64,000 nucleotides of DNA from Synechococcus sp. (GTDB lineage: Bacteria > Cyanobacteriota > Cyanobacteriia > Thermostichales > PCC-7336), in the NCBI GenBank assembly GCA_051439605.1, contig JBFRWN010000047.1:21169-85168 (forward strand), written 5' to 3'. Position numbers and translations under genes: made by a program. The notes beneath the pieces are model-generated. The model was not told the origin of the DNA and did no database searches. It worked only from the letters and a program-made list of their open reading frames with translations. This document shows, piece after piece, positions 30,913 through 40,178 of this stretch. Position 1 is the stretch's first letter, and each line of letters opens with the position of its first letter.

Positions 30913-33531
30913 ATGTCCCTCCTCAATCGCCTGCACACCCTGAGCGGTTTCGGTCTCGATGAAGACAAAGACAGATCCAAATCCAAATACAAGCCCTTTG
31001 CCCGCCCCGGTTCTACCCCCCACTACACCCCCGATCGCCCCGGTCAGGTAAACCACATTCGCTTAGAGCTAGACATCCGGATTGAGGCCCAAGAAATCGA
31101 GGGCACCTGCACCATTCGCCTCACCCCCATCCGCGACGGCATCGGCACCCTCACCCTGGATGCAGTGAATCTAGACATTCAAGCAGTTCGTTGCGACGGC
31201 ACCGACCAAGCCTTCGACTACGACGGTCAGCAGCTCACTATTTCCCTCAAGCCCACCACCCTGACTGGAGCTCCCATCGAACTGGCAATTGACTATGCAG
31301 CTCGCCAGCCACAGCGGGGGATTTACTTTATCGCCCCCGACAAGCACTACCCCGACAAACCCGTCCAGGTGTGGACCCAAGGGGAGGACGAAGATTCCCG
31401 CTACTGGTTCCCTTGCTTTGACTATCCCGGTCAACTGGCCACCTCCGAAATCTTGGCCACCGTATCCGAACCCTACACCGCCGTCAGCAACGGCGAACTA
31501 CTCGCAGTAACCCCCGCTGGCGATAGCAAAAAGACCTTTCACTGGAGTCAACAGGAAGTCCATCCCTCCTATCTGGTGGCACTGGCGATTGGGGATTTTG
31601 CCGAATTGCGGGACGAGTGGCAGGGCAAGCCCGTGACTTACTACGTCGAGAAGGGTCGCGAAGAGCAGGGCCGCCTCACCATGGGCAAGACCCCCGAAAT
31701 GGTGGAGTTCTTTTCAAAGACATTTGGCTATCCCTACGCCTATCCCAAATACGCCCAGGTGTGTGTGGATGACTTTATCTTTGGTGGCATGGAAAATACC
31801 TCCGTCACGCTGCTGACCGATCGCTGCTTACTAGACGAAAGAGCGGCAATCGACAATCTGCGGGCAGAAACCTTGGTGGCCCACGAGCTAGCCCACCAGT
31901 GGTTTGGGGACTTGATTGTGATTAAGCATTGGTCCCATGCCTGGGTAAAAGAGGGCATGGCCACCTACTCAGAGACTTTGTGGCTGGATCGTGCCTACAG
32001 CCAGGAGCGGGCTGACTACAACCGCTACGGCGATCAAACCACCTATTTAAAGGAAGATTCCGGTCGATATCGTCGGCCGATAGTTACGCATGTCTACAAG
32101 GAGGCGATCGAACTCTACGATCGCCACATCTACGAGAAAGGGGCCTGCGTCTATCACATGCTGCGGCGGATGTTGGGGGATGACCTCTTCTTTAAGACCG
32201 TCAAAACCCTCATCACTGACAATGCCCACAGCACTGTAGACACCGACGATATGGTGCGCGCTGCGGACAAAGCCACTGGCATCAACATCCGCCCGCTGCT
32301 GGATATGTACGTCTTTCGTGGGGGACATCCTGACTATAAAGTGGCCTACAGCTGGGACGGGGATGCCAAGCTGGCCAAAGTCACCGTCACCCAAACCCAA
32401 GACAAAGAGTTTCTCTTCGATCTGAAACTTCCCATCGCGTTTGGCTATTACGATGGCTCTGCTGAAGGCAGCACCGTTGACATGAAGGAATTCGCGGTCC
32501 GCGTTCACGAAGCGGAACAAAGTTTCTTCTTCCCCCTAGAAGCCAAGCCCCAGTTCGTCTGCTTCGACAACGGCAACCACCATCTCAAAACTGTCGAGCT
32601 ATCCTACGCTCTCCCCGAACTGAAGGGGCAGCTTTTGCATGCCCCCGATGTCATCTCCCGCATTGACGCTGCGAAGGCGATCGCCAAAAAAGGTAATCTC
32701 GAAGCCGTCAAAGCGTTGAAAGCCTGCCTTGACAGCGATGCGTTTTGGGGGGTCAAGGTGCAGGTGTGCAAGGCTCTGGCCGATGTCGCCCTCGACCAAG
32801 TGTTCGACGTTCTGTTGGCTGCTCTGGAGGACGAGAACCCCCACGTGCGCAAAGCGGCGATCGAGGGATTGACCAAGTTCAAGACTCGTTCGTGTTTCGA
32901 TCGCCTGTTGAAAGTGTTGGAGCAGGGGGATGCCAGTTACCTCGTCGAAGCCGCTGCGGCCCGCGCCATCGGCACTATTGCCGCCAAAGCAGTTGATGGT
33001 GAGGTGGAAGAATCTGAGGCGATCTCCACCCTTCAGTCAGTGCTGGAAACCAAAGCGGGCTGGAACGAAGTGGTACGCTCTGGGGCGATTGGTGGCTTGT
33101 CTGAAATGAAAGAGTCGGAGGCGGCCCTCGACCTAATACTCGGCCACACTAAACTGGGAGTTCCTCAACCTCTCCGTCTCGCTTCGATCCGTGCTTTGGG
33201 GGCTTATGCCTCCGAACGGGAGAATGCCAAAGTGTTGGAGCGCCTGAGGGAACTGTCTCGCGAAACCTTCTTCCTGACCGAGGTAGCCACTGTCAACGCC
33301 TTGGGTCAGCTAAACACCACCAAAGCCATTCCAGTGTTGCAGCAGTTGGAGAGCAGCGACGGTCGGGTGGAACGGATGGTGTCGGAGGCGATCGCCCGCG
33401 TTCAGAAAAAAGCGGGTTCCGATAGTTCGATTAAGGAGCTCAGAGACGAGTTGGAAACGTTGAAGAAAAAGAATCAGGATCTCGTCAGCCGCTTAGAACA
33501 ACTGGAGGCGAAAGCCAAAAACGGAGGGTAA
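30913..33531 (+). CDS. pepN: M1 family aminopeptidase with C-terminal HEAT repeats
   Basis: GGMEN, HELAHQWFG..W.KEG (HExxH-18-E), YEKGA, HEAT-like repeats, terminal coiled coil. Confidence 0.93.
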   Translation: MSLLNRLHTLSGFGLDEDKDRSKSKYKPFARPGSTPHYTPDRPGQVNHIRLELDIRIEAQEIEGTCTIRLTPIRDGIGTLTLDAVNLDIQAVRCDGTDQAFDYDGQQLTISLKPTTLTGAPIELAIDYAARQPQRGIYFIAPDKHYPDKPVQVWTQGEDEDSRYWFPCFDYPGQLATSEILATVSEPYTAVSNGELLAVTPAGDSKKTFHWSQQEVHPSYLVALAIGDFAELRDEWQGKPVTYYVEKGREEQGRLTMGKTPEMVEFFSKTFGYPYAYPKYAQVCVDDFIFGGMENTSVTLLTDRCLLDERAAIDNLRAETLVAHELAHQWFGDLIVIKHWSHAWVKEGMATYSETLWLDRAYSQERADYNRYGDQTTYLKEDSGRYRRPIVTHVYKEAIELYDRHIYEKGACVYHMLRRMLGDDLFFKTVKTLITDNAHSTVDTDDMVRAADKATGINIRPLLDMYVFRGGHPDYKVAYSWDGDAKLAKVTVTQTQDKEFLFDLKLPIAFGYYDGSAEGSTVDMKEFAVRVHEAEQSFFFPLEAKPQFVCFDNGNHHLKTVELSYALPELKGQLLHAPDVISRIDAAKAIAKKGNLEAVKALKACLDSDAFWGVKVQVCKALADVALDQVFDVLLAALEDENPHVRKAAIEGLTKFKTRSCFDRLLKVLEQGDASYLVEAAAARAIGTIAAKAVDGEVEESEAISTLQSVLETKAGWNEVVRSGAIGGLSEMKESEAALDLILGHTKLGVPQPLRLASIRALGAYASERENAKVLERLRELSRETFFLTEVATVNALGQLNTTKAIPVLQQLESSDGRVERMVSEAIARVQKKAGSDSSIKELRDELETLKKKNQDLVSRLEQLEAKAKNGG

Positions 33532-33557
33532 GCAATTTACAGACGGTAGGCAGATTC

Positions 33558-34051
33558 ATGACACATATCAACTACGGCAATATCGCCGAGATCTACGATG
33601 CTTACGTCTGTTCAGACTTCGATTTTGCTTTCTTCAGAAAAGAACTAGCCGACGTGTCTAGTCCCGTCCTCGAATTGACATCGGGCACGGGTCGACTCTC
33701 TCTGCCGCTTGCAGAATCTGGAGCAGACCTCACGTGCGTCGATCGCTCTTCGGACATGCTGTCCGTGCTGTCTCGTAAATTCGCCGATCGCGGACTAAGT
33801 GTTATTAAACGGGGTGGAGATCCGGTTATTTCCCGATTGCAGTTCTTTGAGTACTTCACAACGCGGATGGCCTTTTGGAATGGAAAAAATTGCTGCCCAT
33901 GCAATTTGAATCGATCGAATACGAGAACTTTGAACGCATGGCTAAACAAACAGGCTTTCACGTAGACTCCGTACTGGGTGACTACTCCGACGCGGTCTTC
34001 GATCCAAAAACAAGTCCCGTGATGATTTGGCGTCTCCAAAAACCTGCATAA
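33558..34051 (+). pseudogene. Class I SAM methyltransferase pseudogene (internal deletion plus frameshift)
   Basis: VLELTSGTGR..CVDRSSDML in one frame, with the central Rossmann strands missing. The C-terminus (…MAKQTGFHVDSVLGDYS…SPVMIWRLQKPA*) lies in another frame after about 33860. Confidence 0.8.
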
Positions 34052-34157
34052 CCATGCGATGCACGGGTGGACGCGAACCGAGCAGTTTAGTCAGTAGCTC
34101 AGTCTTTCGCAGTCTCCTGACCATCGCTGCAGCCAAGTAGTCGGAGTGCCGTTAAAC
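34046..34157 (+). mobile_element. Degenerate attC-like (integron cassette) site
   Basis: GCATAAC overlaps the stop codon, followed by a long imperfect hairpin (GCGATG/CATCGC, GCGAA/TTCGC, CCGAGC/GCTCAG), then GCCAAGT and GTTAAAC. Confidence 0.5.
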
Positions 34158-34158
34158 C

Positions 34159-34488
34159 TTAAAAGGGCGTAACCGATCGCAGCAACTTGCGCAACTTCAG
34201 CAACACAATCAACCGCTGTAGCTCGGGTGAAACTCGAGAATGGGTCTCTTGACTCTCCTGAAGTAATACCTCCAATTCCGCATACTCAGTCGCCGACACT
34301 TCACTGTTATCCAATGCCGATCGCCCCCCCAACTCCACGTGATTGCGCAACACCTCTTCTGGAATCTCGTCAGCGGGAGGGAGGGCAAGGGCTGGGAATG
34401 CGCCCAAACCCGCGATCGTAGCCATGCCGGCAACACACCCGCACACAACAGTGCTAACCCGAATACTGACCCAAGAGAATGGCATCAT
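34159..34488 (-). CDS. Hypothetical secreted protein
   Basis: Signal peptide (PALA); LPPADEIPEEVLR..EYAEL..LLKLRKLLRSVTPF resembles a cyanobacterial conserved family. Confidence 0.75.
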   Translation of the reverse strand: MMPFSWVSIRVSTVVCGCVAGMATIAGLGAFPALALPPADEIPEEVLRNHVELGGRSALDNSEVSATEYAELEVLLQESQETHSRVSPELQRLIVLLKLRKLLRSVTPF

Positions 34489-34606
34489 GGCTCAAGACTT
34501 TCCATGGCTCTAGCATAGTCATTCCCCCTCAACGAGGCATTACCCACCATCATCCGAGATAGGGTGGGAGCGGCTGAAGAAATCTGACACGTGATTGGTC
34601 GATCGC

Positions 34607-35446
34607 ATGAGCGGTATCGTCACCCTAATGAGCGACTTTGGTGAGCAGGATGTCTACGTCGCAGTCATGAAAGGGGTCATCGCTGGCATTAATCCCCACC
34701 TCACCGTGGTGGACCTAACCCACGCTATCCCTCCCCAAGACATCAACAGCGGTCAATTCCAGCTCGGTAACGCCGCCCCCTATTTCCCCACAGGCACCGT
34801 GCATGTGGCGGTGATCGACCCAGGAGTCGGCAGTCAGCGGCGAGCAGTGGCGATCGCCTGTGAGTGCGGAATTTTGGTGGGACCCGATAACGGTCTCTTC
34901 AGTCAACTATGCGATCGCTATCCGCCCACAGCAGCAGTCGAACTGACGAACCCCGCTTATTGGCGAGTTCAATCCCCCAGCGCCACCTTCCACGGTCGAG
35001 ATATTTTTGCTCCGGTGGGGGCACATCTGGCCTCCGGTGTCCCGCTAGCTCGGGTGGGCACCCCCATTCATCTCCGGAAACTCGTTCGACACAGTTTTCC
35101 TGCCGTTCGACGGGAGGAGAACCGACTGATAGGCACCATTCAAACTTGCGATCGCTTCGGCAACTGCATTTCCACAATCTCGGAGCAGGATGTACAGGGG
35201 TATGACTGGGAGGCGATCGTCAACGGTCAATCTCTAAGCAGGGGATACACCTACAGCGACGTCTGCTGGGGGGAGCCGCTGGCTTTGATCGGCAGTCATG
35301 GCTGGGTGGAGCTGGCTGTCAATGGTGGAAACGCCAGAGACCGATTGCAGTTGCAGTGTGACGATAAGGTGGAGATACGCTTGCTGGATTCACCCCGAGA
35401 TTCCGCACAGTCTGACCCACCCTCCCCCCTATCCACAAGTCTGTAG
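34607..35446 (+). CDS. SAM hydroxide adenosyltransferase / DUF62 family
   Basis: TLMSDFG..D.YVAVMKG, DLTH, VIDPGVGSQRR, GPDNG, TFHGRDIFAP, DRFGN. Confidence 0.92.
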   Translation: MSGIVTLMSDFGEQDVYVAVMKGVIAGINPHLTVVDLTHAIPPQDINSGQFQLGNAAPYFPTGTVHVAVIDPGVGSQRRAVAIACECGILVGPDNGLFSQLCDRYPPTAAVELTNPAYWRVQSPSATFHGRDIFAPVGAHLASGVPLARVGTPIHLRKLVRHSFPAVRREENRLIGTIQTCDRFGNCISTISEQDVQGYDWEAIVNGQSLSRGYTYSDVCWGEPLALIGSHGWVELAVNGGNARDRLQLQCDDKVEIRLLDSPRDSAQSDPPSPLSTSL

Positions 35447-35458
35447 AGGCCATCCCCC

Positions 35459-36454
35459 GTGTTTTTTAGTGTGGTCATTCCCACTTACAATCGCTTGCCC
35501 ATCCTGCAGAAATGCCTGCGGGAGATTGCCCACCAGCACCCTGGGGACTATGAGGATTACGAAATTATTGTGGTGGATGATGGCTCCACCGATGGGACGG
35601 TGGACTGGCTGCAATCGGCAGATCTTCCAAGGGTACGGTGGTACGTTCAAGATCACTTAGGCCCTGCCGCTGCCCGCAACCTAGGGGTGACCCAATCTCG
35701 TGGGGATACGATTGTCTTTATCGATAGCGATCTGGTGGTCGTCAATAATTTCTTAGCAGCCCACGCAGCAGTATTGCAGGAACACTACCGCCAAAATGAC
35801 GGAAAAGCAGCCAAAGTCTTTGTGTACGGGCAGGTGATTAACACCAGCAACTTTGACAATCCCCGCTCGGAACCGTTCAAACCTACAGATTTTTCGGCGG
35901 CATTTTTCGCGACGGGCAACGTGGCGATCGCCCGTCAATGGCTCGATGCAGTGGCGGAATCCCCCGAGGGTCCCTTTGACAATCGCTTTCAGCTGTATGG
36001 CTGGGAGGACTTAGAGCTGGGAGTACGGTTAAAAAATATCGGCATTCGTATGGTGAAATCCCCCGCAGCAGCGGGATACCACTGGAATCCAGTTTTCAGT
36101 CTCGATCGCATTCCCCATCTGATTGACCGCGAATGGCAGCGGGGCAGGATGGGGGTCTTGTTTTATCAAAAACATCCCACCTGGGATGTACGCATGATGA
36201 TTCAAATGACCCCACTGCATAAAATTCTCTGGGGGCTGCTGTCCCTGTGGGGATTCTGGAACGAGCGGCGCATTCGTCCGGCTTTAGAGTGGTTGGTAGC
36301 TCGCAATCAACCGGGTCTGGCACTGGAACTTTGCCGCATTTGTTTTCTAAATTGGTACCAAGTCCAAGGGGTGTACGAAGCCCATCGAGAGTGGCAGAAA
36401 ACCGGCCAGCTCGCGTTACCCGCATCCCCATCTCAACGAGGGTCCTCCCAATGA
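35459..36454 (+). CDS. Glycosyltransferase family 2
   Basis: SVVIPTYNR, VVDDGSTDGT, AARNLG, FIDSD, YGWEDLELG. Confidence 0.92.
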   Translation: MFFSVVIPTYNRLPILQKCLREIAHQHPGDYEDYEIIVVDDGSTDGTVDWLQSADLPRVRWYVQDHLGPAAARNLGVTQSRGDTIVFIDSDLVVVNNFLAAHAAVLQEHYRQNDGKAAKVFVYGQVINTSNFDNPRSEPFKPTDFSAAFFATGNVAIARQWLDAVAESPEGPFDNRFQLYGWEDLELGVRLKNIGIRMVKSPAAAGYHWNPVFSLDRIPHLIDREWQRGRMGVLFYQKHPTWDVRMMIQMTPLHKILWGLLSLWGFWNERRIRPALEWLVARNQPGLALELCRICFLNWYQVQGVYEAHREWQKTGQLALPASPSQRGSSQ

Positions 36455-37497
36455 CAATTCCCCCCCGAGATCCTGCAGGCCCAGCCCGACGGAGCGACTG
36501 GCTGTTCTCACCCAAAATCTGGTCATCACCCAATAATTGGTTATCAGCCAAAATGCTGTCATCTGCCTTGCTGCCATCCATGATGGTGGCCAGCCTGCTG
36601 GCGTCCTGCGGAGGATCCCCCTCCACCGTTTCAACCTCTGACTCTGAAGAGGAAACCAGCGGAAATCAGCTGGTATACGAAAACCTGAATTTGACCGAGA
36701 CAAACGAAGCCGGGGACTTGTTGTGGGAACTCAACGCCTCTACAGCTGAGTACGGCGCTCAGGGGCAAGCGGCGCAACTGTTTGACGTGTCTGGTGTGAT
36801 ATACGACGGGCAGGGGAATCAAATTTTGCTTGAGGCCGAAACAGGTTTGGTGCTCCCAGGGGGGGAGAGGATGGAACTCGAAGAGAATTTTGTGGCAGAG
36901 TTTCCTCATCTCAACTTGAAACTGGTGGCCGAACGGGCTGCCTGGATAACCAATGGCAATACCCTGACTGCTGTGGGTAACGTTGTCATCACAGAACTCG
37001 ACAAACAGGTGGTGTTGGAGGGCGATCGCATCACCGCTGACCTGGCCAAGAACTTTATTCGCTTGCGCAACGACACTGACGACCCCTTACAGGCACGGTC
37101 AGTGGATCCCCCCATCGATATGCTGATGTCCGAGCTTGACTGGGATTTGTCCGAAAAGCTGGTCATGGCCCGCGGCAATGTTGATGTTTACCACAGCGAA
37201 CAATCCATTCGCCTGCAGGGAAACCTCATGACTCTGGAAATCCCTACCGATCTCCTGACGATCTCCGAGCAGGTCTACGCGTTTTCTGAAACAGATGGCG
37301 CACAGCTCTGGGCAGATCGAGCGGAATGGATATTGGGTAGCGACATCACCGATGCCTTTGGTAACGTTCGGTACGAGCAACCCGAACAGGATCTGAGTGT
37401 TGCAGGCCCCAAGGGTCAAGCAAATTGGGCCACCAATACGTTCACCGTTTTGGGGCGCAGCACCCTGACCCAATTCACCCTGCCCGATAATGAGTAG
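36451..37497 (+). CDS. lptC: LptC/OstA-like LPS export periplasmic protein
   Basis: Lipobox LLASC, NLTE..G.LLWELNA..AEY, repeated beta-jellyroll motifs (GNV). ATGA overlap with the upstream GT2 stop. Confidence 0.7.
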   Translation: MTIPPRDPAGPARRSDWLFSPKIWSSPNNWLSAKMLSSALLPSMMVASLLASCGGSPSTVSTSDSEEETSGNQLVYENLNLTETNEAGDLLWELNASTAEYGAQGQAAQLFDVSGVIYDGQGNQILLEAETGLVLPGGERMELEENFVAEFPHLNLKLVAERAAWITNGNTLTAVGNVVITELDKQVVLEGDRITADLAKNFIRLRNDTDDPLQARSVDPPIDMLMSELDWDLSEKLVMARGNVDVYHSEQSIRLQGNLMTLEIPTDLLTISEQVYAFSETDGAQLWADRAEWILGSDITDAFGNVRYEQPEQDLSVAGPKGQANWATNTFTVLGRSTLTQFTLPDNE

Positions 37498-37617
37498 CCA
37501 CAGACTCCGTCTCGCTATATGCAGCTATATATCTGGCACACGGGTCGCCCTTGCAACTCCCCGTTCCCCTCTTAATCCCATGTCATTTCCTATCGTCGAT
37601 CTCACTGCAGGCGATTC

Positions 37618-38130
37618 ATGAATTTGCCCACTTGGATTACTGTTTCGCGCCTGTTAGCAGTTCCCATTATTCTGATTGGCCTCACCCTCGACACATTCAC
37701 CTGGCATCAAATTGCTTTGGCAGCCTTTCTGTTGGGGGCCTGTACAGACTGGCTAGATGGCTATTTAGCGCGCAAACTCAATCAGGTGACGGACCTGGGC
37801 AAGCTACTTGACCCATTAGTGGACAAGTTACTGGTGCTGGCCCCCCTGCTCTGCTTAGTTCAGCTACAACAAATTCCAGCTTGGGGAGTATTCCTGCTGC
37901 TGGCACGCGAGCTGGCGATTTCAGGCTGGCGCAGTCAGCTCAAGCAGATGGCGGGCGCGAACTGGTGGGGGAAAGGTAAAACGGTGATGCAAATTGTAGC
38001 GATCGCCCTACTGATTGCCCGTTTGCCGGGGGGGGTCATTTGCTTTTGGATTGCAGTGGGACTCACCCTGTGGTCAGGACTAATCTACATCTTTCCAAGA
38101 CTGGGAGGCGCCACCCAAGCCGAGAGTTGA
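37618..38130 (+). CDS. pgsA: CDP-diacylglycerol--glycerol-3-phosphate 3-phosphatidyltransferase
   Basis: NLPTWITVSR, TDWLDGYLAR..TDLGKLLDPLVDKLL, GKGKT..Q. Confidence 0.93.
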   Translation: MNLPTWITVSRLLAVPIILIGLTLDTFTWHQIALAAFLLGACTDWLDGYLARKLNQVTDLGKLLDPLVDKLLVLAPLLCLVQLQQIPAWGVFLLLARELAISGWRSQLKQMAGANWWGKGKTVMQIVAIALLIARLPGGVICFWIAVGLTLWSGLIYIFPRLGGATQAES

Positions 38131-38390
38131 ATCCCGTTGGCCATTCGGTTGAAATCAGCCACACCTTGGCCCCTGCGATTTTTCGGCTGCTTTCAATGTT
38201 CCAAGCACGTGAAAAACGGCATATGACCAGCTTTTGCGAATGTCTGAGGCTACCCTACCTATAGCGATTGTCATCTCTGACACGACATCAATTGCATACC
38301 CAGCAAAGGGTTGGAGTACGAGATGTCCTCAGCGACGTGGCGGTCGCCATCAAGCAGAACAGGTCAAGGAAATCCTAAGGTAGATATCCT

Positions 38391-38885
38391 GTGGTGCGGA
38401 TTCTAGGCATCGATCCCGGAATGGGGACAATGGGGTTTGGCTTAATTGCCGCCCACGAAGAAGGGGGGGTAGAGATGCTGGAATGTGGGGTGATCTCTAC
38501 CCCAAAAAAGACAGCGGTCACCGATCGCCTGCACATTCTCCATCAAGATTTAATCACTCTGCTGACAGACTTCCAACCGGATCGCGTGGGAATTGAAAAA
38601 CTATTTTTTTACCGCATGGGCAACACGATTCTGGTGGCTCAGGCAAGGGGGGTAATCTTGCTTTCCTTAGCCCAGCATGGCTTTGCCCCCAGCGAATTTA
38701 CCCCCGCCCAAATCAAAAAGGCCCTGACGGGGTACGGCAATGCTGACAAACAAGCGGTGCAGGAGGCAGTCACTCGAGAACTGCAGTTGGCAACCATCCC
38801 GCGTCCTGACGATGCTGCCGATGGGTTGGCGATCGCCTTAACCACTTGGTACTCTCGCTTTGAACCTGCCGGAGAAAAGCTTTAG
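38391..38885 (+). CDS. ruvC: Holliday junction resolvase RuvC
   Basis: [42 protein letters not shown]. Confidence 0.97.
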   Translation: MVRILGIDPGMGTMGFGLIAAHEEGGVEMLECGVISTPKKTAVTDRLHILHQDLITLLTDFQPDRVGIEKLFFYRMGNTILVAQARGVILLSLAQHGFAPSEFTPAQIKKALTGYGNADKQAVQEAVTRELQLATIPRPDDAADGLAIALTTWYSRFEPAGEKL

Positions 38886-38969
38886 CGCCATCTTTAGCGC
38901 CATAGAACTGATGCGATATCATCCAAGTTCTGCCGCTCCAGATCCCTTCTATGAAGAATCGGAACACAA

Positions 38970-40178
38970 CTAGCGCGAGAACCGTTTTCCCTCATTTGGA
39001 CTGGATGCAGTGCTGGCGATCCATACCGTTGGGGCGCGGTTGACTTCGCGAGCCACGCGAATCAAGAAACCAGCTGCCACCAAACTGGCCAGCATCGAAC
39101 TCCCCCCGTAGCTAAATAAAGGTAGGGTCACCCCCGTGGCTGGCAACAAACTGGCCACCACACCAATATTGATTAACGATTGACCTACTAGCAGAAATAG
39201 GCAGCCGTAGGCCACCAAACGCAGGCGCATGTCTTGGCAGCGAGATGCCACCCGTAGCGATAGCCAGGTAAATGCCAGCAGCAACAGCAGAAAAGCAACG
39301 GTACCTACGGCCCCAAACTCTTCGGCGTACACCGAGAAAATAAAGTCCGTGTAGTGAATGGGTAGGTAATCGAGTTTTTGCTTCGAGAGACCGAATCCCA
39401 CCCCCCACAGGCCACCCGAGCCAATGGCAATCAGACTCTGCACCACCTGATAATTCTCCGCCTTGACCTCGCTGTTCGGCATCAATAATGCGATCACCCG
39501 TCTTAGCTGGTAGGGATTGGTCAGAATACTGAACAGGGCAGTGGTCACCCCCAAAGCTGCAGCACTGCACATCAGCCGCAGAGAAACCCCCGCAACAAAA
39601 GCCATCAACCACAGGGTCAGGCCACAGATAGCTGTTGTCCCCAAATCGGGCTGGGTCAGAACAGCCCCCATCCCCACCCCAAACAAGCTAATCCACAGAA
39701 TTCGGTACCAGCGGGGATGAACGTGCCAGCGGCCAAACACCACTGCTGCCTGCAGCACCAACATCGGCTTGAGAAATTCTGACGGCTGAATGGGAATGCC
39801 CAGGTTGAGCCAGCGGGTGGCTTCGTTGCGGGTTTCTCCCAAACCGGGGACATGGGTGGCCAACACTAGCAGCAAAGCAGCCACGTACATTAGCCCGCAC
39901 AGCTTGAACCAGTTTCGCATCGAAATGCGGGCAATAACTGCAATCCCCCCCACCCCCAGCAGAACAAAGGCTGCTTGCCGCTTCACAAAGAAGAGTCCAT
40001 CGTTGAAATCTGCTTGGGCAAGGGGGAGGGAGGCTGAGGCTAACGCGAGTAATCCCAATACAATCCAGCACAGGGTGAGGGATTGTAACCATCGGGCTTC
40101 ACAGGACCAGACGCCGGCTGCACTGTTGAAAATGCTCGCCCCGCTGTTCGAAGTTGGAGTATTGGTCAAAGCTGGCAC
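38970..40178 (-). CDS. ftsW: SEDS-family cell division protein FtsW
   Basis: ATRWL..IQPSEFLK, QPDLGT, YQ..QSLIAIGSGG..G.G, TDFIFSVYAEE, TGVTLPLFSYGGSS. Start uncertain. Confidence 0.9.
   Translation of the reverse strand: MPALTNTPTSNSGASIFNSAAGVWSCEARWLQSLTLCWIVLGLLALASASLPLAQADFNDGLFFVKRQAAFVLLGVGGIAVIARISMRNWFKLCGLMYVAALLLVLATHVPGLGETRNEATRWLNLGIPIQPSEFLKPMLVLQAAVVFGRWHVHPRWYRILWISLFGVGMGAVLTQPDLGTTAICGLTLWLMAFVAGVSLRLMCSAAALGVTTALFSILTNPYQLRRVIALLMPNSEVKAENYQVVQSLIAIGSGGLWGVGFGLSKQKLDYLPIHYTDFIFSVYAEEFGAVGTVAFLLLLLAFTWLSLRVASRCQDMRLRLVAYGCLFLLVGQSLINIGVVASLLPATGVTLPLFSYGGSSMLASLVAAGFLIRVAREVNRAPTVWIASTASSPNEGKRFSR

Noticed and set aside
30913..33531. Aminopeptidase-HEAT fusion as a novelty
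   Set aside because: This architecture is the usual cyanobacterial M1 peptidase form
34607..35446. Fluorinase/chlorinase (halogenase) call
   Set aside because: It retains the Asp-Arg-His residues typical of DUF62 hydrolases (DPGVG..R, FHG), and there is no secondary-metabolite cluster nearby
36247..36450. N-terminal extension of the lptC-like ORF as given in the ORF track
   Set aside because: It overlaps the GT2 gene by ~200 nt; ATG 36451 (ATGA coupling) or a later start is more plausible
38132..38350. Possible glutamine (glnA) or c-di-GMP riboswitch upstream of ruvC
   Set aside because: Only a short CGTTGGCC match and weak stems; the conserved cores are absent
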